Shown: in pieces, positions 17,335-25,212 of the stretch
Layout of the letters: each line of letters starts with the position of its first letter
Position numbering within the stretch: the stretch's first letter is position 1
Assembly (NCBI GenBank): GCA_043820655.1
Contig: JBDRDO010000092.1
Span: 1 to 37,487, forward strand
Reading direction: 5' to 3'
DNA from: Candidatus Iainarchaeum sp.
Lineage (GTDB): Archaea > Iainarchaeota > Iainarchaeia > Iainarchaeales > JAZDEL01
Length of the DNA stretch: 37,487 nt
Position numbers and translations under genes: made by a program
The notes under the pieces: generated by a model
The model's database searches: none
The model's input: the letters and a program-made list of their open reading frames with translations, nothing else
What the model was told of the DNA's origin: nothing

Positions 17335-19590
17335 ATGGTGAATATAATGGATGAAAAAAAGAAAGTTGAAACAAAGAAGCCCGAAAAAAAGAAGCGCGGA
17401 ATCAGGCAGTTCCTGCGCGGGCTTTTCCGGTTCATTGGCAGGAAAGAGGAGAAGGCGCTTAAGGAAACACTGCCAACCAAACCAGTGGCAAGACCGCGCA
17501 AAAAGGAGGTAAGCCTTGCAAAGCAGCTCCGCCTCTGGAGAAAAAGGTCCGAGGAGCTTACAAAGCGCGTGAGGGTTTTGGAAAGGCAGCTCAGGAAGAG
17601 CGAGATTGCGCCAAGGCAGGCGCTTGGAGGGGTGCGTGTTGTTTACGCAACCGCGGGGCATGAGGACATTAACCTTGACAAGGAAATAAGGAAAACAAAA
17701 TCCCTTATGAAGCTGATGGAAATCGATTATCACAAGATGCGCGCCACGCCCGAACAGTTCAGGACAAAAATGCTGGAGTACAGGGAACGCATGCATCTCC
17801 TCCAGCTTGAAAAGGATGAGCTTGCGCGCGAGGGCATGAAAATTAGGCATGTTGGGGGCAAGATAAAGGAGATCGCGCTTAAGTCGCCAGAGGGCGGGCC
17901 CGAGATTGTTCAGGAGTTTGAACAGAGCATTAAAGCCCTGCCGCTTGAATGGAGTTCGGATTCCGGTGCTGAGCTTGCCGAAGTCGCATCAACAAGTGCA
18001 ATGCCACGCAGTGCAGGGGCAGTTCCTGCGAAACCCGGGAAAATGCCCCGTGCGAAAAAGGGCACGGGGAAATTTGTGGAAAGCCGCGCGCGCAAGGCAA
18101 GTGCGGTGAAAAAGCAGGCGGTTAAAATTAAGCCTATGGCAAAGCCGAAGCAAATGGCGCAAATGGCAAGGGCACTGCGGAAGCCCGTGCCTGTGCGGCA
18201 GACGCCGGTGCAGGCAAAGGCAAAACCCGCACTCAAAAAGCCATTGCCCGCACAGCCAAAACCCCTGCCGCAGAAGGCGGCACAGGCGCCAAGGAAGCCG
18301 TTCCCCGTGCCCGCAACGGAGCAGGCACCAGTGCCTGTCAGGATTGTCGAGTCAAAGCCGGCGGCTGTAAAGCCTGTGCCTGCCAAACCCGAACCCGCAA
18401 AGCCAAAACTGGAAAAACCGGCCGTGCCCTTAACTAAGCCCGGACTGCAGGCAGTCTCAAAACCGAAGACTGAACCGCCAGTGCTGGAAAAGCAGGAGAT
18501 TCCAAATGGTGGGCTGTCAAAAGGAATACTTTCAAAGATAAAATCCGCCACAATGTTGAAACCCGTGCGGAAGCCGGTGCCACTCCCGCCAAAACCTGCA
18601 CAACAGAAGCCCATATTGCCCAAGCCAAAGTCTCCGCCGCAGAAGCCCGCCATGCAGGCTGTAAAGAAATTCGAGGTTAAGGCTGAAAATGTTGTTGTTA
18701 AGGGCAAGGACGAGCCCGTGACCAAACCTGCGCAAGACCCTGACTCTAAGGATCACTCCTTTAAAATAATGAGCCAGCGCGAAAAAATTGCGCAGTGGGC
18801 CGAGGAAAGGCGCGCCAGGCTTAATCAGGATCGTGAAAAGCAGAAGCGCATTGCGGGGAATCTTGATGAAGGGACTGAGGAGCATGATGCTGCCCCTGCA
18901 ACGCCTGCCAAGGCAGACACTGTGCAGGAACCGCTTCCCAAACAGGGTGAGGCGCAGGAAAAAACAGGCAATTTACGCAGCCTTTTCAAGGGCAAGCCTG
19001 CAAATAAATCCGAGGAGGAGAGAATTGCCGGGCTTGAGGAAAGGATGACGGCTCTTATGCAAAAGCACAATGTTTCCAGCAATGAAGTGAAGCGCGAGGC
19101 AATGGCAATTGACGCACCTTCAGTTGTAGGGAGCTTCAACAAGCTTATAGGCCTGCTTGAATCCAAATATGAGGGAACCTCGGGGGGAATGTACAGAGGC
19201 GGGCGCGGAGGCGGGGCAGGCAGGGAATCCCTTCCAAATACAACTTCACTTGGGATGGACGCTATGCTGAAGAGGCAGGCAGCGGAAACCGCAACCCCCA
19301 CTGACTTAAAGAAAAAACGCATAGTTACGGACTTTGACAGGACACTTTCACTTGTAACCGAACGGGAGAAGATAAGAATCAGCGAGATTGCCTCGGAGCT
19401 TAATATTTCCTCCGGCAGGGTTGAGGAGTGCTGTGATATACTTGAACGCGGAAATTTAATCGAGATTCACTATCCCGCAATAGGCAAGCCCTATGTGCAG
19501 GTTGCAAATTATGCCGAACTCAGGGCCGCGCAGAAGGAACAAGAGAAGGATGCAAAGCCAAAAAAGAAGGGGGCTGGCAAGAATGTCTGA
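17335..19590 (+). CDS. Lys/Pro-rich low-complexity protein with N-terminal coiled coil, RGG stretch and C-terminal winged-helix domain
   Basis: 751 aa, with ATG at 17335 or 17347. About 250 aa are KPxP-type low complexity (KPVPVRQTPVQAKAKPALKKPLPAQPKPLPQK...), followed by GGMYRGGRGGGAGRE. The C-terminus reads RISEIASELNISSGRVEECCDILERGNLIEIHYP (HTH plus wing). I see no TM segment. Confidence 0.75.
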   Translation: MVNIMDEKKKVETKKPEKKKRGIRQFLRGLFRFIGRKEEKALKETLPTKPVARPRKKEVSLAKQLRLWRKRSEELTKRVRVLERQLRKSEIAPRQALGGVRVVYATAGHEDINLDKEIRKTKSLMKLMEIDYHKMRATPEQFRTKMLEYRERMHLLQLEKDELAREGMKIRHVGGKIKEIALKSPEGGPEIVQEFEQSIKALPLEWSSDSGAELAEVASTSAMPRSAGAVPAKPGKMPRAKKGTGKFVESRARKASAVKKQAVKIKPMAKPKQMAQMARALRKPVPVRQTPVQAKAKPALKKPLPAQPKPLPQKAAQAPRKPFPVPATEQAPVPVRIVESKPAAVKPVPAKPEPAKPKLEKPAVPLTKPGLQAVSKPKTEPPVLEKQEIPNGGLSKGILSKIKSATMLKPVRKPVPLPPKPAQQKPILPKPKSPPQKPAMQAVKKFEVKAENVVVKGKDEPVTKPAQDPDSKDHSFKIMSQREKIAQWAEERRARLNQDREKQKRIAGNLDEGTEEHDAAPATPAKADTVQEPLPKQGEAQEKTGNLRSLFKGKPANKSEEERIAGLEERMTALMQKHNVSSNEVKREAMAIDAPSVVGSFNKLIGLLESKYEGTSGGMYRGGRGGGAGRESLPNTTSLGMDAMLKRQAAETATPTDLKKKRIVTDFDRTLSLVTEREKIRISEIASELNISSGRVEECCDILERGNLIEIHYPAIGKPYVQVANYAELRAAQKEQEKDAKPKKKGAGKNV

Positions 19591-21094
19591 CAAACTGCTT
19601 AAGGAATACGAGCTTGAGTCCGAGGGCGTGAACCTGAAGATAAGCATTGTTCATGTGGAGGGCGAGTTTGTACGGAGTTACTTAGTGGATATTCCCGAAT
19701 TCGGGCCCGGCACAGAGGCCCTGCTGAAAAACCTGAAAAGCACGCTTGTGACCGACACATCAATAAAAACCGAGAAGATGCTTGATTCGCGCTTCATAGG
19801 TTCTCTGAAAACCGCGTTCAAGGCACGCGCGGGGAAAATACTTGAAAAGGAACTGCCGAATGTTGACGAGCGCACAAAGGAACTGCTTATTGGAATGCTC
19901 CTGCATGAAATGCTGGGCCTTGGCAGGATGGAATTCCTGCTTGCGGACGGCAACCTTGAAGAAGTAGTTGTGAATTCCTCAACAGAGCCTGCATGGGTAT
20001 ACCACAAGGAATTCGGCTGGCTGCGCACTAATGTCATTATAAGCAATGAAAGCGAAATACAGAATTTTGCAAGCATAATCGCAAGGCGCGTTGGCAAGCA
20101 GATAACTGTCCTGCACCCGCTCCTAGATGCCCACCTTATCTCAGGGGACCGTGCAAACGCCACATTATTCCCGATTTCAGGCCGCGGCAACACGCTTACA
20201 ATAAGGCGCTTCAGGCGCGAGCCATGGACTGTTGTTGATTTCATAACCAATAACACCGCAACCCCCGAGCTTATGGCATTGCTCTGGACTGCAATACAGT
20301 ATGAGCTTAATGTTATTGTAAGCGGAGGCACTGCCTCGGGAAAAACATCTTTCCTGAATGTGCTGATGCCCTTTATACAGCCCAATCACAGGATTGTAAG
20401 TATTGAGGACACCCGCGAGCTTTCCCTGCCCAAATTCCTGCACTGGGTGCCGATGACTACCAGGGAGCCCAATCCCGAGGGGCAGGGAGGGGTAAGCATG
20501 CTTGATTTGCTTATTAACTCGCTCAGGATGCGCCCTGACAGGATAATTGTCGGGGAGATAAGGCGGCAGAAAGAAGCCGAGGTAATGTTTGAGGCAATGC
20601 ACACAGGCCACAGCACCTACACAACTGTGCACGCAAACACAGCGGATGAAACAATAAGGCGTCTGATAAACCCGCCTATTGAAATTCCCGCAACCATGCT
20701 TGAGGCAACGCACATAAATGTTGTTATGTTCAGGAACAGGCGCCTCGGGTTAAGGAGGATTTTGCAGCTTGCGGAATTCATTCCCGAAAGGCGTTCGGAA
20801 TCCGAGGAAGTAATTAAGGCAAATGTTCTCTATCGTTGGAAGCCTGCAAGTGACCTTATTGAAAAGCACGCCGACAGCATCAGGCTTTTTGATGAGCTTT
20901 CCATGCACACAGGCATGACAATGAGCGAGATTTCACAGGACATGAAAAGCAAGAAGGGAATACTTGAGTGGCTTGTAAAGCACAAAATACGCGGCGTTAA
21001 CGATGTCGGGCTTATTATGGCAAAATATTATAGTGACAAGGAAGATATTCTGAAATTGGTTAAGCAGGACAAGAAACCGGATTTCGTGAGATAA
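19583..21094 (+). CDS. type IV pilus/archaellum-family secretion ATPase (FlaI/TadA/VirB11 superfamily)
   Basis: The ATG at 19583 overlaps the upstream stop (ATGTCTGA). Walker A is GGTASGKT (20324..20347), Walker B is PDRIIVGEIR, and the His box is TGHSTYTTVHAN. Confidence 0.93.
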   Translation: MSDKLLKEYELESEGVNLKISIVHVEGEFVRSYLVDIPEFGPGTEALLKNLKSTLVTDTSIKTEKMLDSRFIGSLKTAFKARAGKILEKELPNVDERTKELLIGMLLHEMLGLGRMEFLLADGNLEEVVVNSSTEPAWVYHKEFGWLRTNVIISNESEIQNFASIIARRVGKQITVLHPLLDAHLISGDRANATLFPISGRGNTLTIRRFRREPWTVVDFITNNTATPELMALLWTAIQYELNVIVSGGTASGKTSFLNVLMPFIQPNHRIVSIEDTRELSLPKFLHWVPMTTREPNPEGQGGVSMLDLLINSLRMRPDRIIVGEIRRQKEAEVMFEAMHTGHSTYTTVHANTADETIRRLINPPIEIPATMLEATHINVVMFRNRRLGLRRILQLAEFIPERRSESEEVIKANVLYRWKPASDLIEKHADSIRLFDELSMHTGMTMSEISQDMKSKKGILEWLVKHKIRGVNDVGLIMAKYYSDKEDILKLVKQDKKPDFVR

Positions 21095-21984
21095 TGGAGA
21101 AGCTGTCCATACCATTCAGCCCGTTTCCAGTGCCATTGCTGCTGATAGTGTCGGCACACCTTAAAGGCGTAGGGGAATCGATTTCAAGGGCATTTCCCTA
21201 CATTAAAATAGAGCTTAATCAGGCGGAAATCCCGATAAGCGCAAACGAATACGGCGCAATAATGGGATTTCTCTCGTTTTTTTATTTTGTTTTTGTTACA
21301 GCCTCTGTTTATTTCATAGGCTCGGTTTTCTTCCCCGAGAATGCGCTCATTGCCGCCCCGACAATCGGCGGGCTTTTCGCAATAATGATACTTGCGCAGT
21401 TGAGCGTATTCCCCAAAATAAAGGTGAAACGCAAGGTGCGCGACATTGAACGCAACCTAATTTTCGGTCTCAGGACCCTGCTTGTTGAGATAAAATCCGG
21501 CGTAACCCTTTTTGATGCAATAAACGTTGTAGCAGACGGCCACTACGGCGCGGTAAGCACGGAGTTTAGCAGGGCAATAGAAAGCATCAATACCGGCACA
21601 ACCGAAGAAGTCGCGCTTGAGGAAATAGCATCCCGCAACCCCTCATTGTTTTTCAGGCGCGCAATGTGGCAGCTCCTCAACGGCATAAAAACCGGCGGGG
21701 ACATAAGCGTTGCAATAACCGCAATGGTTGACTCCCTTGCAAAGGAGCAGAGGAACCAGGTGCGTAAATACGGCTCCTCACTGAGGATGCTGTCCCTTGT
21801 TTATATGATGCTTGGCGTAATAATTCCCGCACTTGGGCTGACATTCCTTGTAATCCTCGGCTCTTTCCCGCAACTTGATATCAGTGAATTAATGTTTTGG
21901 GGCCTGCTCATATTTCTTGTACTCGGGCAGTTTATGTTCCTCGGAATGTTAAAAGCAGGGAGGCCTAACCTTGTTGGGGACTAA
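21094..21984 (+). CDS. pilus platform membrane protein, single T2SS-F domain (TadB/EpdJ-like)
   Basis: The start overlaps the ATPase stop by 1 nt. It is polytopic, with a cytoplasmic helical bundle (LRTLLVEIKSGVTLFDAINVVADG...AMWQLLNGIKTGGDIS) typical of GspF/PilC/FlaJ-type domains. Confidence 0.85.
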   Translation: MEKLSIPFSPFPVPLLLIVSAHLKGVGESISRAFPYIKIELNQAEIPISANEYGAIMGFLSFFYFVFVTASVYFIGSVFFPENALIAAPTIGGLFAIMILAQLSVFPKIKVKRKVRDIERNLIFGLRTLLVEIKSGVTLFDAINVVADGHYGAVSTEFSRAIESINTGTTEEVALEEIASRNPSLFFRRAMWQLLNGIKTGGDISVAITAMVDSLAKEQRNQVRKYGSSLRMLSLVYMMLGVIIPALGLTFLVILGSFPQLDISELMFWGLLIFLVLGQFMFLGMLKAGRPNLVGD

Positions 21985-22978
21985 TTTTTACAGGAAGGTC
22001 GCCTCGTTAATGCCCTCCAAGATAATCCGTGCATTCAAAACAGAGATGGGCTATCTGGGGATAGATATAAGTGAAAGGCGCTTTGTGGGGTTTCTTCTTG
22101 TTTTCGGGCTTGCGCTGAGCGTGGGAATTTCGCTTAACACATACCTCTTTTTCGGCATAAGCTTTATTGTTGCCTTCCCGTTTTTCTTTGTGCTTTTTGT
22201 TGCCGGCACATACCTCTGGCTGAGCATTGCCGCGGAATCAAAGGGCAAGTTTGTTGAGACAATACTTCCCGATGCGCTGCAGCTGATTGCCTCAAACATA
22301 AAGGCTGGCTTAACAACTGAGCGTGCATTGCTTGTTTCCGCAAGGTCTGAATTCGGGCCTTTGGAAATAGAACTGCGCGCAACTGGCAGCAGGATAATGG
22401 CGGGCATGCCTCTTGAACAGGCGCTTTCATACATCCCGACAAAAATAAAATCCAAAACATTGGAGAGGCTTATCTGGCTGATTTCAAAGGGAATTGAAAG
22501 CGGCGGGCAGATTGCGGATTTATTGACGCACCTTGCCGATGATTTAAGGGAGCAGAACAGCATAAAGGACGAAATCGCGGCAAACATTTCCATGTATATT
22601 ATGCTGATATTTTTCTCCGCGGCAATCGGCGCGCCCATGCTGTTCGGAATAAGCAGTTTCATTGTGCAGATTCTTGTGGTTCAGACCTCGCAGATACCGC
22701 AGTTTGATGCATCTATGTTTGAGGGCACCGGGGGCGGCGCCGGCCTTGCCGGGCTTGCGGGAGGTGGTTCGGTAATTTCCGCGGACTTTGTTATATTCTT
22801 CGCAATGGTGAGCATAGTTGTCACATCTATATTTGCCTCGCTCACAATAGGGGTTATAAACACAGGCAAGGAAAAGGGCGGCGCGAAATTCATACCCGTG
22901 CTCCTATCCATCTCATTTGTGCTGTTTTTCGTTATAAGGGAAGTCCTTGCAATGATGTTCGGCAGTTTGCTGATGTAA
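21971..22978 (+). CDS. pilus platform membrane protein, single T2SS-F domain (TadC/EpdK-like)
   Basis: ILPDALQLIASNIKAGLTTERALL...LIWLISKGIESGGQIADLL plus TM segments. The start is either TTG 21971 (14-nt overlap) or ATG 22010. Confidence 0.85.
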   Translation: MLGTNFYRKVASLMPSKIIRAFKTEMGYLGIDISERRFVGFLLVFGLALSVGISLNTYLFFGISFIVAFPFFFVLFVAGTYLWLSIAAESKGKFVETILPDALQLIASNIKAGLTTERALLVSARSEFGPLEIELRATGSRIMAGMPLEQALSYIPTKIKSKTLERLIWLISKGIESGGQIADLLTHLADDLREQNSIKDEIAANISMYIMLIFFSAAIGAPMLFGISSFIVQILVVQTSQIPQFDASMFEGTGGGAGLAGLAGGGSVISADFVIFFAMVSIVVTSIFASLTIGVINTGKEKGGAKFIPVLLSISFVLFFVIREVLAMMFGSLLM

Positions 22979-23089
22979 TGGGAAACCTATTTTCGCACCT
23001 GCGGCGGTTTCAATATTGTACTATATTATTCCCTCTTGCCGCGGGCACATAGTGCGTTTTCCGCACTTAGCCCGAAGGCTGGGGAACCT

Positions 23090-23118
23090 AAAAATAAAAA
23101 AAAGAAAAAGAAAGGAAA
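23090..23118 (-). terminator. oligo-T tract terminator candidate downstream of the major pilin
   Basis: The minus strand reads TTTCCTTTCTTTTTCTTTTTTTTATTTTT, starting ~10 nt after the pilin stop. Archaeal termination typically occurs at oligo-T runs. Confidence 0.55.
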
Positions 23119-23127
23119 GCATCACAC

Positions 23128-23589
23128 TTATGTTGCTGGTGCTGTTCCTTTACAGCTGGCTGACGATTCCTTAGCGAAGCCGTCTGCATCCGTGTATCCG
23201 AATGTGAAGTTGACAGTGTATGCCCCTCCTGCCACAAATGTGTGGTTGGGTGCGACGGTCAGTACGAAATCAGCCTGCACTTCGTCGTTCGCTGGAATGC
23301 TAGAGTATGACTTTGTTTCGGTGAGGTCGCCTGTTGCAGTTATTAGAACTGTTGTCAGGTTCTCGCCTGTCATGTTAGTGAAGATTATTGAGAATATATC
23401 ACCGGTAGCCGTGCCACTAAGGTTCTGCTTCTTAATCGGCAGCTTTGACGCACCTGTGCATCCCTCCGCGCCAATCTGCGTCGGATTAATCAGGAACACC
23501 AGTGCAGCAATCGCAATAACAATCACGATCAAAGCCCAGCCGTAGGTCATCAAATACTCCAGCGCTGATTGTCCTTTATTGCCAAACAT
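23128..23589 (-). CDS. major pilin candidate with class III signal peptide
   Basis: MFGNKG|QSALEYLMTYGWALIVIVIAIAALVFL is a textbook archaeal prepilin N-terminus. It has a GGAGGG RBS, its own TATA box and an oligo-T terminator. There are five N-x-S/T sequons. Confidence 0.9.
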   Translation of the reverse strand: MFGNKGQSALEYLMTYGWALIVIVIAIAALVFLINPTQIGAEGCTGASKLPIKKQNLSGTATGDIFSIIFTNMTGENLTTVLITATGDLTETKSYSSIPANDEVQADFVLTVAPNHTFVAGGAYTVNFTFGYTDADGFAKESSASCKGTAPAT

Positions 23590-23596
23590 GTTTTTG

Positions 23597-23602
23597 CCCT
23601 CC
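23597..23602 (-). promoter_or_regulatory. Shine-Dalgarno-like GGAGGG for the major pilin
   Basis: The minus strand reads AAAAAGGAGGGCAAAAACATG, a 7-nt spacer to the start codon. Confidence 0.6.
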
Positions 23603-23630
23603 TTTTTAAGTTTCTAAAGCATGAAATGCT

Positions 23631-23640
23631 CAAATATAAA
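23631..23640 (-). promoter_or_regulatory. TATA-box-like element TTTATATTTG for the major pilin
   Basis: This is the minus-strand reading of CAAATATAAA, 42-51 nt upstream of the pilin ATG. That leaves room for a short leader carrying the RBS. Confidence 0.4.
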
Positions 23641-23736
23641 CATGTTTGTCATATTTAAAGCTTGCGGTTAAAATTGCAAACCGTAAAAGCGCTTTAAATA
23701 CGGTTTTCACGGAATTATTCCGCTTTTAACAAGCCG

Positions 23737-24243
23737 TCATTTGCCGAGTTTTTTCCCCAATGCCATTGAAACATTCTCAGGCACAAAGCATTTTGTGTTC
23801 CCGCCAACTGCAGCAATCTCCCTAACAGCGCTTGAACTCAGGTAAAAATATTCCGCACTTGTCATTATGAAAACAGTGTCTATTGCATTATTCAGTTTCC
23901 TGTTCATTATCGCCTGCTGGAACTCGCGTTCAAAATCACTCAATTCGCGCAGGCCGCGCAGAATAGTGTTTGTGTTCTCGCCCCTGACAAAATCAACAAG
24001 CAGCCCGCTGAAACTCTTAACCTGCACGCCCCTCATCCCCTTTACAGCGCCCTTCACAAGCGCAACCCTTTCCTCAAGCGTGAAAAGCGGCCTTTTGCTT
24101 GTTTTTGTTGTAACAGCAACAGTCAGGCTGTCAAACATCTTCAGCCCGCGCTTAATAACATCCAGATGCCCAAGCGTTATCGGGTCAAATGTTCCGGCAT
24201 AAACCGCAGCCCCGCAATTTCCGCCCTTCCCTTTTCCGCTCAT
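23737..24243 (-). CDS. coaD: phosphopantetheine adenylyltransferase, bacterial type
   Basis: AVYAGTFDPITLGHLDVIKRG closely matches the bacterial CoaD N-terminus (T/HxGH nucleotidyltransferase motif). 168 aa. Confidence 0.9.
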   Translation of the reverse strand: MSGKGKGGNCGAAVYAGTFDPITLGHLDVIKRGLKMFDSLTVAVTTKTSKRPLFTLEERVALVKGAVKGMRGVQVKSFSGLLVDFVRGENTNTILRGLRELSDFEREFQQAIMNRKLNNAIDTVFIMTSAEYFYLSSSAVREIAAVGGNTKCFVPENVSMALGKKLGK

Positions 24244-24258
24244 GCAATCGCCTCCATT

Positions 24259-24852
24259 TCATGCAAGCCCAGTAATTTCCCTGTAAATCCCGCGCACCTG
24301 CCTCATGGTTTCCCGCCTGGTGCCGTTAGTATCTATTGCATAATCCGCTAATTTAACCTTTTCGCGCAGAGGCATCTGGGATGCGATTCTCGCACATGCC
24401 TCGCGCGTGCTTAATCCCCTTTTCCTCAGCCTTGCGATTTGGTTTTTCCTGCCTGCCTTCACGGCAACAACAACATCAAACATTTTCGCAAGTTTCGCCT
24501 CAAACAAAAGTGGGGCATCTACAACAATAATTTTCTTTCGCGCGCGCCTTATTTTCCGTCCAATCTCACGCACAACTGCGGGATGGACAATTGAATTTAA
24601 TTTTTTCAGTTTCCGCGCATCTGAAAAAACCAATTCCGCCAGAACTTCACGGTTTACAATTTTTTTGCCGCCTTTATTTTTTATTGCCCCCTTCCCGAAA
24701 GCCACCCTAATCTTCGTAACCATCGCCGGCTTCCTGTAAAGTTCATGCACAATCTCATCGGCATCAATCAATTCCGCGCCCATTTCCGCAAAGGCACGCG
24801 CAACACTGCTCTTCCCGCAGGCAATGCTTGAGGTCAATCCAACAACCGGCAT
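24259..24852 (-). CDS. coaE: dephospho-CoA kinase, bacterial/eukaryal type
   Basis: ATG at 24852: MPVVGLTSSIACGKSSVARAFAEMGAELIDADEIVHELY, which is the CoaE P-loop followed by the D-A-D motif. Confidence 0.85.
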   Translation of the reverse strand: MPVVGLTSSIACGKSSVARAFAEMGAELIDADEIVHELYRKPAMVTKIRVAFGKGAIKNKGGKKIVNREVLAELVFSDARKLKKLNSIVHPAVVREIGRKIRRARKKIIVVDAPLLFEAKLAKMFDVVVAVKAGRKNQIARLRKRGLSTREACARIASQMPLREKVKLADYAIDTNGTRRETMRQVRGIYREITGLA

Positions 24853-25172
24853 GCAAACCACAATGTAACTTTCCGCGGCAGTTAATAAAAACAATTCCCC
24901 TGCGCAAAGCGGTTTGGAAAATGAAAACATCAAAGTTATCTATAACCTGGGGTGTAGTATCTGCGGTGTTGGGTGAGGCTAAAAATTCTTCGGAATTTTC
25001 GGCTTTCTGCAATACCATTGTGTTATCAAGCGGAACCGAGATTTCAGCGCGTTCTTCGGAACATGCGGGAATATGGTTCCGCCCAGTAACACTTCCTGTT
25101 CTCGGAATTTTGTTTTTTTGCTTCAGCCCCTGTTTGCCCCAGTTTTTTGCATTGCGCGGGCGTGCCGCAAAT

Positions 25173-25182
25173 AATTAAATAG
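25173..25182 (+). promoter_or_regulatory. TATA-box-like element AATTAAATAG
   Basis: It lies 31-40 nt upstream of the ATG at 25213. The same ATTAAATAG core occurs upstream of the two following paralogs. Confidence 0.5.
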
Positions 25183-25212
25183 CAGGGCGCCGTTATTTCT
25201 GAAGGCAATTGC

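Noticed and set aside
17910-18725. 271-aa minus-strand ORF rich in Gly/Phe/Ala/Thr
   Set aside because: It is the complement shadow of the Lys/Pro/Ala-rich segment of 17335..19590. The sense gene has a start context, coupling to the ATPase and a structured C-terminal domain.
19678-20713. Minus-strand ORFs 19678..20385 (235 aa) and 20177..20713 (178 aa)
   Set aside because: They are antisense to the pilus ATPase, whose Walker A, Walker B and His-box motifs are unambiguous on the + strand.
22051-22662. 203-aa minus-strand ORF
   Set aside because: It is antisense to the second platform gene, which has a recognisable T2SS-F-type helical domain and TM segments on the + strand.
23036-23545. 169-aa + strand ORF containing a KKKKKKGK run
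   Set aside because: It is antisense to the major pilin. The poly-Lys comes from reading through the A-rich complement of the oligo-T terminator.
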